This document shows, in pieces, positions 41,129-50,138 of a DNA stretch of 64,000 nucleotides (position 1 is the first letter of the stretch; each line of letters opens with the position of its first letter). Origin of the DNA: Candidatus Bathyarchaeota archaeon (GTDB lineage Archaea > Thermoproteota > Bathyarchaeia > Bathyarchaeales > Bathycorpusculaceae); the NCBI GenBank assembly GCA_963772455.1, contig CAVYXJ010000007.1, positions 224,001 to 288,000 on the forward strand, written 5' to 3'. Under the pieces are notes generated by a model. That model ran no database searches and had not been told where the DNA came from. It saw nothing but the letters and a program-made list of their open reading frames with translations. The position numbers were made by a program, and so were the translations under genes.

Positions 41129-42760
41129 ATTCCAAATTTCTTGTCCTTATTGCTCTGTTAACTTTTACAATGGCGTTTTCAGCTGCAAGCAACGTCAACG
41201 CTCAAAACTTGGTTTACAGCGTAGACCATGAGTGGGCGCAAATCTTCATCAACCAAGACGGCACAATCGACGTAACCTACAACATCTCCGTAACCGTCAC
41301 TCAGGGAAGTATGGGTGGATTCTATGTTGGACAACCAAACCGCGACTTTAGCATTGGCGAAGCTAGAGACCAAAACGGCAACTCACTCACAGTGAATGAT
41401 GCTAGCAGTGGTGGAGACTACAGAGTAGACGTTCTCTTTAATCCACGCATACAATCGGGACAATCCATCTGGTTCCAAGTTACAACCAACGTTGCAGGAA
41501 TGATTAGCAACGACACTCAGAACCCTGGCAACTATGGCATGCAATTCATTCCCCAGTGGATATCCGATGTATCAATCAACGATGTTAGAGTGCAGATTGT
41601 TCTACCTCCAGGTGTCTCAACAGGCGATGTGAAGACAACTGAGAACTTCTACAACGGAACCTCAACTGTGAATAGCCAGTTGGCGGTTTATTGGGAAAAA
41701 CCAAGTATTCAGCCAAATGAACAGTTTAAGGTGGGTCGTATCTTTTCCATCCAGTTTTATGCCTAACTATGTTCCCAGCCAATCAGGCGGTGGAGGACTT
41801 GACTTTGGTGCTTTCGCCTCCATAATTGGAGTTTTGGGGTTCTTTTTTGCGATAGTCTTCTTGTTTTTAGTGATTAGAGCAGTTCGCAAAATCTCCTATA
41901 CAACGCCAAAGGTAGGTATGGAAACATTGGGTATAAAACGAGGTTTAACGGCTGTTGAAGCATCTTACCTAATGGATTTGAAGCCACCCCAAATAGTTAC
42001 AGAAATCCTCTATAGTCTGCTGCAGAAGCGAGCTGTTTGGGCGCAAGAAACCAAACCCTCACTTAGACTAAAAGTGTTGCCACCTTTTGAAAACAAAACA
42101 GGTCCAAAGGAATCCCCCTTGCGCTTTTATGAGATTGATTTCTTGAATTCCTTAAAAGTGGATGGTTCACTTGATGAAGAAAAACTTGCTCACATGATCA
42201 TGTTCCTAAGAGATACGGTTGAGCAGAAACTGCAAGGTTATAGTCGAAAAGACACGGTTGACTATTACCGAAAAATCGCCTCTCAAGCCTGGGCTCAAGT
42301 AGAGCAAGCCGGAACGGTCGAGTTGGCAGCGAATGCTTATGATGAGCAACTACTTTGGTTGCTACTTGACCCCAACCAACGGACAAGAACAGAAACCGTG
42401 TTTAGAGACAGAGTCATCCAGCCAAATCCCCTCTGGTTCTGGTGGTGGTACGGTTATACTACATACCATCCCCACCCCACTTATTCTCCAAACGTTAATG
42501 TTCCTTCGCAATCAGGTCCACCGCCACAGATTCCTGGAGCAGACTTTGCCAATAACATCGCCACCGCCGTAGAAGGCACATCGAACAACATAGTTGTTAA
42601 TCTAGAAAAATTCGCGAACGCCATCGTTCCGCCGCCGCCAAAAGTTTCCCATGAACCAGCACATAAAGGAGCGGATTGTGTTTGCGCTTGTCATGCATGT
42701 GCCTGCGCTTGCGCTTGCGTTTCATGCGCTTGTGCTTGTGCAGGTGGAGGAGGGCACTAA
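41122..42760 (+). CDS. Single-pass membrane protein (DUF2207-like architecture) with C-terminal alternating-Cys tail; one frameshift near 41737
   Basis: Signal peptide, beta-rich ectodomain (INQDGTIDVTY), EQFKVG|VSFP junction restored by removing one base, TM, RGLTAVEA, tail CVCACHACACACACVSCACACAGGGGH. Confidence 0.85.
42677..42742 (+). repeat. Coding hexamer-like repeat (TGY-GCN)n encoding the Cys-Ala tail
   Basis: tgt gtt tgc gct tgt cat gca tgt gcc tgc gct tgc gct tgc gtt tca tgc gct tgt gct tgt gca; third codon positions vary. Confidence 0.85.
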
Positions 42761-44107
42761 ATGAGTTTCTTAAAGAAAGTTTTAGGCAAACAGAAGGTTC
42801 CGTCTGGACGTTACACCTACCGTGGAGAAGATAAGTTTGCAGGAATGTCTCTTCAGCTTCGAATTGAACAAAGCGGAAGAGGAGTCATGGTAATCAACGC
42901 TAATACAGTCCTGCACCTGAACCATACAGCAACTTCGTTTGCTTATTATTTCATGCAGGGTTTACCCGAAAAAGAAGTTTTGACTAAAATTCGCCGAATG
43001 TACAAAGTGAACGCTAAGACAGCTAAAGCTGATTACGAAAAGCTGGTCTACAAAATTAGTACACTCGCTCAAACCGAAAAAATCGACCCAGTCTCTTACC
43101 TCGAGATTGAGAAGGAAGAACCGTTCTCTTATCAGTATTCAGCCCCTTTGCGAATGGATTTAGCTTTAACGTTCAGGTGTCAAAATGATTGCGTTCACTG
43201 TTATGCGGGAGGACCACACGAAACACCAGAACTAACGACTGCGCAATGGAGAAGTGTTATTGATAAACTCAGCGAAATCGGCGTTTTCATACTAACTTTC
43301 ACCGGTGGTGAACCCACAATGCGAGATGATTTGCCTGAATTGTTACTTTATGCTCAAAACAAAGGTTTGGTTACTGGATTAATAAGCAATGGGCGAAAGC
43401 TCAAGGATAGAGCATATGTTAATGAGTTGGAGAAGTCAGGCTTAGATTTTGTTCAGGTAACTTTAGAGTCTCACAAACCGCAAGTCCATGATTCAATGAC
43501 ATGCCAGAAAGGGAGTTGGAAAGAAACCGTTGCTGGAATCCAAAATGCGGTTCAATCACAAATTTACGTTTCTACCAACACTACTCTGAGCAAAGTCAAT
43601 GAAGCTGACTTCCTTACTACAATCGATTACATCAAAGGACTTGGCGTAAATGCGTTTGGCTGCAATAGCCTCATCTATTCTGGCAAAGCACCCTCAGCAA
43701 GTGAAGAATTCGCATTAACATCAGAAGACTTGAACACTCTCTTGCCCAAAATACGAGATAAAGCTCAAATGATTGGACTCAAATTCCTTTGGTATACACC
43801 AACTCAGTACTGTCAATTTGACCCTGTTCAATTAGGATTAGGTGTAAAAACTTGCACTGCTGCAATGATAAACGCTTGCGTTGGACCCAACGGCGATGTT
43901 TACCCATGTCAAAGCTACTTTGAAAGCCTCGGAAACATCCTAACTGAACCATGGGACAAGATTTGGCACAACTCTTTGGCGGAAAAAATTCGTAAAAGAG
44001 AATACGTAGAAGAAAAATGCAAAGATTGCGAACAGTTACAGGTTTGCGGCGGAGGATGCCCTTTGGAACTGCAAAACAAAGAACACCAATGTGCGGTGAC
44101 AGGATAA
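42761..44107 (+). CDS. Radical SAM/SPASM enzyme with N-terminal PqqD/RRE-like domain
   Basis: CQNDCVHC, FTGGEP, SPASM CTAA...GPNGDVYPCQ...GNI...CKDCEQLQVCGGGCP; N-terminal beta-beta-beta then LNHTA and helices. Confidence 0.93.
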   Translation: MSFLKKVLGKQKVPSGRYTYRGEDKFAGMSLQLRIEQSGRGVMVINANTVLHLNHTATSFAYYFMQGLPEKEVLTKIRRMYKVNAKTAKADYEKLVYKISTLAQTEKIDPVSYLEIEKEEPFSYQYSAPLRMDLALTFRCQNDCVHCYAGGPHETPELTTAQWRSVIDKLSEIGVFILTFTGGEPTMRDDLPELLLYAQNKGLVTGLISNGRKLKDRAYVNELEKSGLDFVQVTLESHKPQVHDSMTCQKGSWKETVAGIQNAVQSQIYVSTNTTLSKVNEADFLTTIDYIKGLGVNAFGCNSLIYSGKAPSASEEFALTSEDLNTLLPKIRDKAQMIGLKFLWYTPTQYCQFDPVQLGLGVKTCTAAMINACVGPNGDVYPCQSYFESLGNILTEPWDKIWHNSLAEKIRKREYVEEKCKDCEQLQVCGGGCPLELQNKEHQCAVTG

Positions 44108-44172
44108 TTTTATCTTTAGCAATCAACCGATTCTATATAGCAGATAGCGCTAAATCGCGAGTTTAGATACAA

Positions 44173-45417
44173 ATGGCTCAAACGCAAAAACCCAAGTTTG
44201 TAGTCTTCGACGTTGAAGGAGTTCTTATTCCAAAGAACCGCTTCATTTTTGAAGTGGGAAAAACCTTAGGGTTCGCTACACTGGTAAAGATGCTTTTTTT
44301 CGGTTTTCTCTACGAAGCAGGAATTTTAAAGTTAGAATCAGCATTAAAACATGTTTTCAGTAATATGAAAGGAGTTGAACTTGCAACTCTTCAGTGCATC
44401 TTTGACAAAATTCCTGCTACGCCACTTTTGCAAGGCATTTTTAGTCAACTAAAAACTAGGAATTGCAGGATTGCTCTGATAAGTTCAGGATTGCCAACGG
44501 TTGTCGTTAAAAAGTTTGCAGACTGCTTGGGTGCAGAATACGCCTTTGGCATCGATGTTGAAACCCAAGACGAAAAGTTGACGGGTCAAATAAGTGGTGA
44601 CGCCATTAAACCTGAAGGAAAAATGAAAATTTTATCTAAAATTTTAATTGCCGAAAACTTAGAGCTGAAGGATTGTGTGGTAGTGGCTGATGACCGGAAT
44701 AACCGTTGCATTTTTGCTCCTGAAGTCTTAAAAATTGGTTTTAACGCTGATTTTGTTATCCGAGTAAAAGCTGATAGAGTAATTAACGGTAAACTTTCAG
44801 GCATTATACCAGTCATTGACGGGAAAAAACATAAGGGTTCTTTTCCTTCGATTAACGATTTAGTAAGAGAAGACATTCACGCTGCAGGGTTTTTTATGCC
44901 TGTAATCGCTGGACTAATTACTGTTCCCGTAGTTGCAACCATAATCATTCTTATCGCCATTCTCTACACAATTTCTGAACTTAGACGTTTAGATGGACGC
45001 GAACTACGCTTCGTTTCAGCAATTACCCGCCATGCAGCATCCGAGTCTGAACTTTACGGTTTTGCTGCGGCACCTCTCTATTTTGCGTTTGGAATAGTGG
45101 CTACTCTGCTTCTTTTCCCGTTCCATGTAGCAGGAGCCGCAATTGCTATGTTTTGTTTTGGGGATAGTGCAGCTTCGCTTTTTGGCGGGTTGATTTCCAC
45201 TTCTTTACCTTTTAACAAGGGAAAAACTTGGGAAGGATCAATGGCAGGGTTTCTTTTCGCGTTTTTAGCTGGAACGTTCTTTGTTTCACCTTGGCTGGCT
45301 TTGGTTGGGGCAGCAATTGCCATGACTATTGAGGTTTTGCCGTTGCCACTAAACGATAACGTACTAATTCCAGTAATTACAGGTGCAGCCTTAACATTGA
45401 TAACTTCATTTGTCTAA
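44173..45417 (+). CDS. HAD-IB phosphatase-like domain fused to a CTP-dependent prenol (dolichol/phytol) kinase-like membrane domain
   Basis: VFDVEGVL, ISSG, K, VADDRNN; C-terminal REDIH, GDSAASLFG, KTWEGSMAG, NDNVLIP. Confidence 0.8.
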   Translation: MAQTQKPKFVVFDVEGVLIPKNRFIFEVGKTLGFATLVKMLFFGFLYEAGILKLESALKHVFSNMKGVELATLQCIFDKIPATPLLQGIFSQLKTRNCRIALISSGLPTVVVKKFADCLGAEYAFGIDVETQDEKLTGQISGDAIKPEGKMKILSKILIAENLELKDCVVVADDRNNRCIFAPEVLKIGFNADFVIRVKADRVINGKLSGIIPVIDGKKHKGSFPSINDLVREDIHAAGFFMPVIAGLITVPVVATIIILIAILYTISELRRLDGRELRFVSAITRHAASESELYGFAAAPLYFAFGIVATLLLFPFHVAGAAIAMFCFGDSAASLFGGLISTSLPFNKGKTWEGSMAGFLFAFLAGTFFVSPWLALVGAAIAMTIEVLPLPLNDNVLIPVITGAALTLITSFV

Positions 45418-45686
45418 GCGAACAATTGCTTTTTCGTAATCTTTTACAAAACAGTTTTTTCCCTTTCTAACTACAATGTGACCTTCTTGTTCCAACAAGA
45501 CTGTTTGAGCTTCTGAACCGCCGGGATATTTCTCGTTTATCAATCCTTTGACTTTTAATGTTCTCCAATAAGGAGTAATATCAATTGCCCCTATTTTCTA
45601 CTCATACCACCCTTTATTTCCTCAACTTTTGGGTAGTTTTTACTGTCGAATAATTTTTCGTGCCAGGTGGATTTCTTTTTAGGCAT
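45406..45686 (-). pseudogene. Internally deleted remnant of an MGMT/alkyltransferase-like family gene
   Basis: Manual translation MPKKKSTWHEKLFDSKNYPKVEEIK, then frameshift/stop, then DITPYWRTLKVKGLINEKYPGGSEAQTVLLEQEGH. Confidence 0.6.
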
Positions 45687-45737
45687 AACAGCACTAAAAA
45701 TTGTTAGAAATATTTTTTATTTTAACTTTCGGAGAAA

Positions 45738-45992
45738 TTATTTTTTGTCTTGGGAAACGATGAGATCCTGCTTTTGTCGGTGACTCAACTTTTTTATGGC
45801 TTTTTCTCTCTTCATGGCGCTGCCTCTTGACCCGAAGACTTCTACGTAGGCTACTTTTTGGGGTGGATGCGATTTGGTGTATTTGGCGCCTTTTCCATTT
45901 TCATGTTGTCGTGTCCTTTGCTGCAAGTCATTTGTATATCCAGTGTAGAAGCTTCCATCCATACAAAGTAGTATGTAAACATAAAACGACAT
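45738..45992 (-). CDS. GIY-YIG nuclease (UPF0213-like)
   Basis: YVYILLCMDGSFYTGYTNDL..R..QH..GKGAKYT, AMKREKAIKKL. Confidence 0.92.
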   Translation of the reverse strand: MSFYVYILLCMDGSFYTGYTNDLQQRTRQHENGKGAKYTKSHPPQKVAYVEVFGSRGSAMKREKAIKKLSHRQKQDLIVSQDKK

Positions 45993-46001
45993 TTCGACTG
46001 A

Positions 46002-46676
46002 TTACTCCTCAGTCTGCATTATGTAATCGGGAACTATTCCCTTCTGAATTGCCCTTTTGAGGTAGGCTTCTGGATCAATCTCTTGAACTTTTGCTCGGTC
46101 GACATCAATGATGTATATTTCTTGAATTCGGGCGTTGCGTATTTCTTCAAGTGTTACGGGGGGCTTTTGGTAAAAAGAATCGCAGAGGTTTTTTATCTGT
46201 TCAATTTCCTGTTCTGAGCGATTTCTTGGTGGTTTTGCCAGGGTTCGTGGGAAAGGCAATATGTAGTGTGGTGGAACTCCCAGTGCGAATTTTCCTGCAA
46301 AGCTGCTGTACCGGATAATTTTGCTCGCTAACCTCGCGGTTGTATATGTTAAGGGTGCCAAAGCATTTTCGGGTGGGATAAAGCCGGTTTCTATTTCAAC
46401 AACTTGGTTTCCTAAACCCTTTATGCCGTATAAGTCGCAGGTTAAGGATGAATTAAGTGGATATTCGATTTGGACTTCGTAGCCTTTTTGAATAAGGTAC
46501 TTGGCACAAACCAACTCCATAACGGAATGGTTTATTTTGACAACGTTTTCTTTATGAAGCTTAATCAGCCAGTCTTTTAGCATGTCAAGTTTGTTTTCAA
46601 CTTCTGGAGCAACATCAACTGTTAACCTAGATAAAAGAAAGGTTAAGTCACGTTCGAATTTTTCTCTATTACTCAT
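46002..46676 (-). CDS. Hypothetical protein with PD-(D/E)XK-like fold
   Basis: HSVMEL, VQIEY, CDLYG, VEIETG. Confidence 0.6.
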   Translation of the reverse strand: MSNREKFERDLTFLLSRLTVDVAPEVENKLDMLKDWLIKLHKENVVKINHSVMELVCAKYLIQKGYEVQIEYPLNSSLTCDLYGIKGLGNQVVEIETGFIPPENALAPLTYTTARLASKIIRYSSFAGKFALGVPPHYILPFPRTLAKPPRNRSEQEIEQIKNLCDSFYQKPPVTLEEIRNARIQEIYIIDVDRAKVQEIDPEAYLKRAIQKGIVPDYIMQTEE

Positions 46677-46777
46677 CCACGTTTCCTGCCAAATTTGCAG
46701 CTAACAAACTTGCCATGTCTTACTAGTTGAATTTGGTATATAAACCAAAAAAGAAAATTCAGAACATGTCCTCAGTT

Positions 46778-46963
46778 TTACTGCTTTGAAGAAACAAGAA
46801 CAAGTCTTGCTAAATTCACGTCAACTTCAACAATTTTGCAACCTTGGAACTCTTTGGCTTCTCCCAGAATGTTTTTAACAATTACGTTGTCGCCTTCTGC
46901 TTTTGCATAAATTACGTCTTTTAATTGGATTTTGCCGTTTAAGATTACGTTAAATTCACACAT
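46778..46963 (-). CDS. CooT-family small nickel-binding-like protein
   Basis: MCE start, KDV, NILGE, IVEVD pattern, 61 aa. Confidence 0.75.
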   Translation of the reverse strand: MCEFNVILNGKIQLKDVIYAKAEGDNVIVKNILGEAKEFQGCKIVEVDVNLARLVLVSSKQ

Positions 46964-47092
46964 TTTTCTTCACATTAGGAAAAATGGGTTTCTGGGTTAT
47001 AAGGGCTTTGAGCGATACAAAATATTTGGAGCTAATAGAGGTTATTTGCAGAAACCTATAAGTCATGTAGTAAATCGATTTTCTTGGCGAAC

Positions 47093-47515
47093 TTAAAAAA
47101 TAGCTTTTATCGGAGTTGAGGCAAAATGTTTATCGTTTGAAATTATCCTTTGAGCACCTGTCCTCGTAGCTACTGATAGGTGGAGAGCATCTTCATAGTC
47201 CAGCTTGTAATTACTCATTAAGTCTATGGCGAAGGTGAAGTCTTTTTGTTCGAGAGGTTCAATTGTTAAACCTTTGATTTGTGTGATGGTTTTAATGACT
47301 TCCTCAGTAAAGGTTTTGTCTTTCAAATTTTTTCCTGTGAGACCCGCTATTATTATGAGAATTTCATAAAGGGATATGCTCGAGGTTAAGTATTCTCCTC
47401 GCTGAGAGTTTTCTATTTTTTTGATCCACTCATGCGAGGTTTTCCCAAATTTTGGGTGATTAGCAAGCCAATACACAAAAACATTGACGTCTATGTATCG
47501 TTTTTCTTGCGCCAT
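47093..47515 (-). CDS. vapC: PIN-domain VapC toxin
   Basis: YIDVNVF, YE, YEDALH, ISNDKHF. Confidence 0.9.
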   Translation of the reverse strand: MAQEKRYIDVNVFVYWLANHPKFGKTSHEWIKKIENSQRGEYLTSSISLYEILIIIAGLTGKNLKDKTFTEEVIKTITQIKGLTIEPLEQKDFTFAIDLMSNYKLDYEDALHLSVATRTGAQRIISNDKHFASTPIKAIF

Positions 47516-47742
47516 GCTTCTTTTACCTCCACTACGAATTCATCGAGGTCTTCAGGCCATTGGGAAACTTTGAAGATTCCGAAATATTTGTCAGCAACAT
47601 GCTCAATTGGTTCAATTATGAGCGTTTTTCCTTTTGCCCTAATGTTTAGGTAGCTGCCTTCCTTTAGCTGGGCGGCTTTTCTTATTTGCTTAGGAATGAT
47701 TATCCTGCCTTTTGCATCGATTTTCACTGTGGTCTCGCTCAT
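47491..47742 (-). CDS. AbrB/MazE-family antitoxin
   Basis: IDAKGRIIIPKQIRK; overlaps vapC. Confidence 0.9.
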   Translation of the reverse strand: MSETTVKIDAKGRIIIPKQIRKAAQLKEGSYLNIRAKGKTLIIEPIEHVADKYFGIFKVSQWPEDLDEFVVEVKEAWRKKNDT

Positions 47743-47801
47743 TTTTTTCCCACTAAAATAATCAGTCCCACATCCTTAAGTATTTTATGCAAATCTTGAT
47801 G

Positions 47802-48572
47802 TTAGGCACTTATTTTTGGCGGTGGACGAACCCGTTTTCTGCCCAGTTTCACCCTCAAGGCAATACGGTACAGTTTGCGTAATGATTTTACAAGTTGTTC
47901 AAGACTTGGAGCGGTCGAATAAATGAGTGGAATCTGCTCGTACTCGGCTATCCTTATGGCTTCTTCGTCCGGTACTGTCTTATGGAAAACGATGACTCGG
48001 GGTTTTAGGCTGCTGACACGAACAATCATCATGGGCAAGCACCCAATCTCTACGTTCGTAAAAATCAATGCCCGATCTGTTGAAGCACCAAAAAGCTGCG
48101 CATAGTCCGAGCCCGAGTAAGCTTCAACTGCTTTTTTACTATCAATTACTGTGTAGCCGTTGACTTCTTTAACAAATTTTTCTTTGCAAGCCACAACTTC
48201 GCCGCTAATAGCTTTGCATAAATATTCAACTCTGACGGGGATTGGGAACTCTCGAAGATCCACAACGGCCATGCTTGGTGAACTTGTTAGTTTAGCGAAT
48301 TCACGGATGAAACGGCTTCCTTTTCCTTCATCAATATGTAGGAGCGAGAGAACGAATTTTCGAATGAATTTTGCGCCAGGGCTTTGTCGTCTGCCACTTT
48401 CATAGTCACTGATAACTGAAGAGGACAGCCCCATTGTTTCGGAAAGGCTAATTTGTGAGACAGCAAAAAGTTCTCGCCATTTACGCATAGTTGAGCCAGG
48501 TTTGCTTGAAAAGATTATTTCTCCTGCAATTCTTCTCGCTAAAACCTCTCTCAACCCAGGCGATACGGACAC
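47802..48572 (-). CDS. Archaeal XRE-family HTH transcriptional regulator
   Basis: RIAGEI, MRKWRELF, SVISDYESGRR, RALIFT. Confidence 0.85.
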   Translation of the reverse strand: MSVSPGLREVLARRIAGEIIFSSKPGSTMRKWRELFAVSQISLSETMGLSSSVISDYESGRRQSPGAKFIRKFVLSLLHIDEGKGSRFIREFAKLTSSPSMAVVDLREFPIPVRVEYLCKAISGEVVACKEKFVKEVNGYTVIDSKKAVEAYSGSDYAQLFGASTDRALIFTNVEIGCLPMMIVRVSSLKPRVIVFHKTVPDEEAIRIAEYEQIPLIYSTAPSLEQLVKSLRKLYRIALRVKLGRKRVRPPPKISA

Positions 48573-48850
48573 GAAATAATTCTCCTTGCTTGCACTCTTT
48601 CCTTCAAAGTTGGGGTATAAAACTATAGCGTTTTTCAGAAGATGTTACGAAATAACCAAAAATTCAGGCAATTTAACTTTTGAAGCATGTGAAGATGCAA
48701 TTAACTTTGCAATTTTCGTTTATTCAGAGGTCAAACTGCAGAATTTGGTTTATTAGGAAGTTTAGAGTTACTATGAGCTACCGTCTTTTGTCTGAAAAGG
48801 CAAAAAACGAAAATCGCTAAAAAACAACATAAAAAGGAGTGTGATATGAA

Positions 48851-49141
48851 ATGACAGAAAAAGCAAATGACGTAATATTCGTCGGAAATAAACCACCAAT
48901 GAGCTATGTACTCGCCATTATAACAGCATTCTCTTCAGGCATAGGCAAAGAAATTACCCTAAAAGCCCGAGGACAAGCAATCACCACAGCAGTTGACGTT
49001 GCAGAAATCACAAGAAGCCGCTTCATAAAAGACCTTAAAGTGACAAAAATTGCAATCGGTACCGCTGAGATGCCACCACGCGAAGGCGAAACAAGGTCCA
49101 GGATGGTTTCAACCATAGAAATTACTCTTACCAAAGAGTAG
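48851..49141 (+). CDS. albA: DNA/RNA-binding protein Alba
   Basis: VGNKPPMSYVLA, KARGQAITTAVDVAEI, VSTIEI. Confidence 0.96.
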   Translation: MTEKANDVIFVGNKPPMSYVLAIITAFSSGIGKEITLKARGQAITTAVDVAEITRSRFIKDLKVTKIAIGTAEMPPREGETRSRMVSTIEITLTKE

Positions 49142-49190
49142 TCAACTAGGACAACAATTAAACCTGGGAGTTTTTTAAGCTCCAATCTTT

Positions 49191-50060
49191 TTACTTTTGT
49201 TCATTCTTGATGTATTCATCAACTTTTTTTACGATTTCCATGAATGATTTTGCTGCAGCTGAATCCTTGTGCGACAAGACAAAAGGCGTTCCCTTATCAG
49301 AATCCACACCTACCTCGGGATCAATCGGGATGCTGCCTAGAAATGTTACGTTCATTTCTTGAGCCATCTTTTTGCCGCCTCCTGATTGGAAAATCTCCGT
49401 TTTTACCCCGCAATGAGGACAGATAAATCCACTAAAGTTTTCTACAACGCCTATAATGGGCATGTTTAATCTTTCAGCGAAAGTGATTGCTTTCTTAACG
49501 ATTGAGCTTGAAAGGTCTGAAGGCATTGTAACAATAACTACCCCATCAATGTCGGGAATAAGCTGGGCTATGCTTAACGGTTCATCACCTGTTCCAGGCG
49601 GTAAATCAATGAAAAGAAAATCTAAATTGCCCCAAACTGTGTCCGTTAGGAACTGGCGGATTGCACGCATTTTTAATGGTCCACGCCAAATGGTTGGGGC
49701 TTGTTCAGGCAAGAAGAAGTCAATCGACATTACTTTTAGTCCTAGTGGACCTTCAACAGGAATAACACCTGATAGAACAGTCTCAGCTTGTTTGCCTTCT
49801 AGACCCAAAAGTCTTGGAACGCTTGGACCATGAATATCTGCATCTAAAACGCCTACACGTTTTCCCTGCATCGCAAAAGCCGTTGCAAGGTTAACTGTGA
49901 CGGTACTCTTTCCTACTCCACCTTTACCGCTGATAATAGCGATTTTATGTTTAATTTTGCCCATTTTCTCTTTAAGGGTCGCTTGTTCGTCTGACTGTTG
50001 TCGCTTGTAAGCTTCAAGCTGAGCCATGTTTCTCTCTAAAGCCATAAAAACGTCACTCAA
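49191..50060 (-). CDS. Mrp/NBP35 Fe-S cluster carrier ATPase
   Basis: GKGGVGKST, DADIHGPS, WRGP, DLPPGTGD, CPHC. Confidence 0.93.
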   Translation of the reverse strand: MSDVFMALERNMAQLEAYKRQQSDEQATLKEKMGKIKHKIAIISGKGGVGKSTVTVNLATAFAMQGKRVGVLDADIHGPSVPRLLGLEGKQAETVLSGVIPVEGPLGLKVMSIDFFLPEQAPTIWRGPLKMRAIRQFLTDTVWGNLDFLFIDLPPGTGDEPLSIAQLIPDIDGVVIVTMPSDLSSSIVKKAITFAERLNMPIIGVVENFSGFICPHCGVKTEIFQSGGGKKMAQEMNVTFLGSIPIDPEVGVDSDKGTPFVLSHKDSAAAKSFMEIVKKVDEYIKNEQK

Positions 50061-50138
50061 TGGTTGATTCTTAAGTAAACTAAAATAGGTTACGGTAGTA
50101 TCCTTAGCAGGTAAGCAAAAATTTTTCCAGGCGAGAAA

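Noticed and set aside
42761-44107. PQQ biosynthesis (PqqE) assignment for the radical SAM enzyme
   Set aside because: No pqqA/B/C genes are nearby; the PQQ-like repeat protein at 27-30 kb is a beta-propeller surface protein and not evidence of PQQ synthesis
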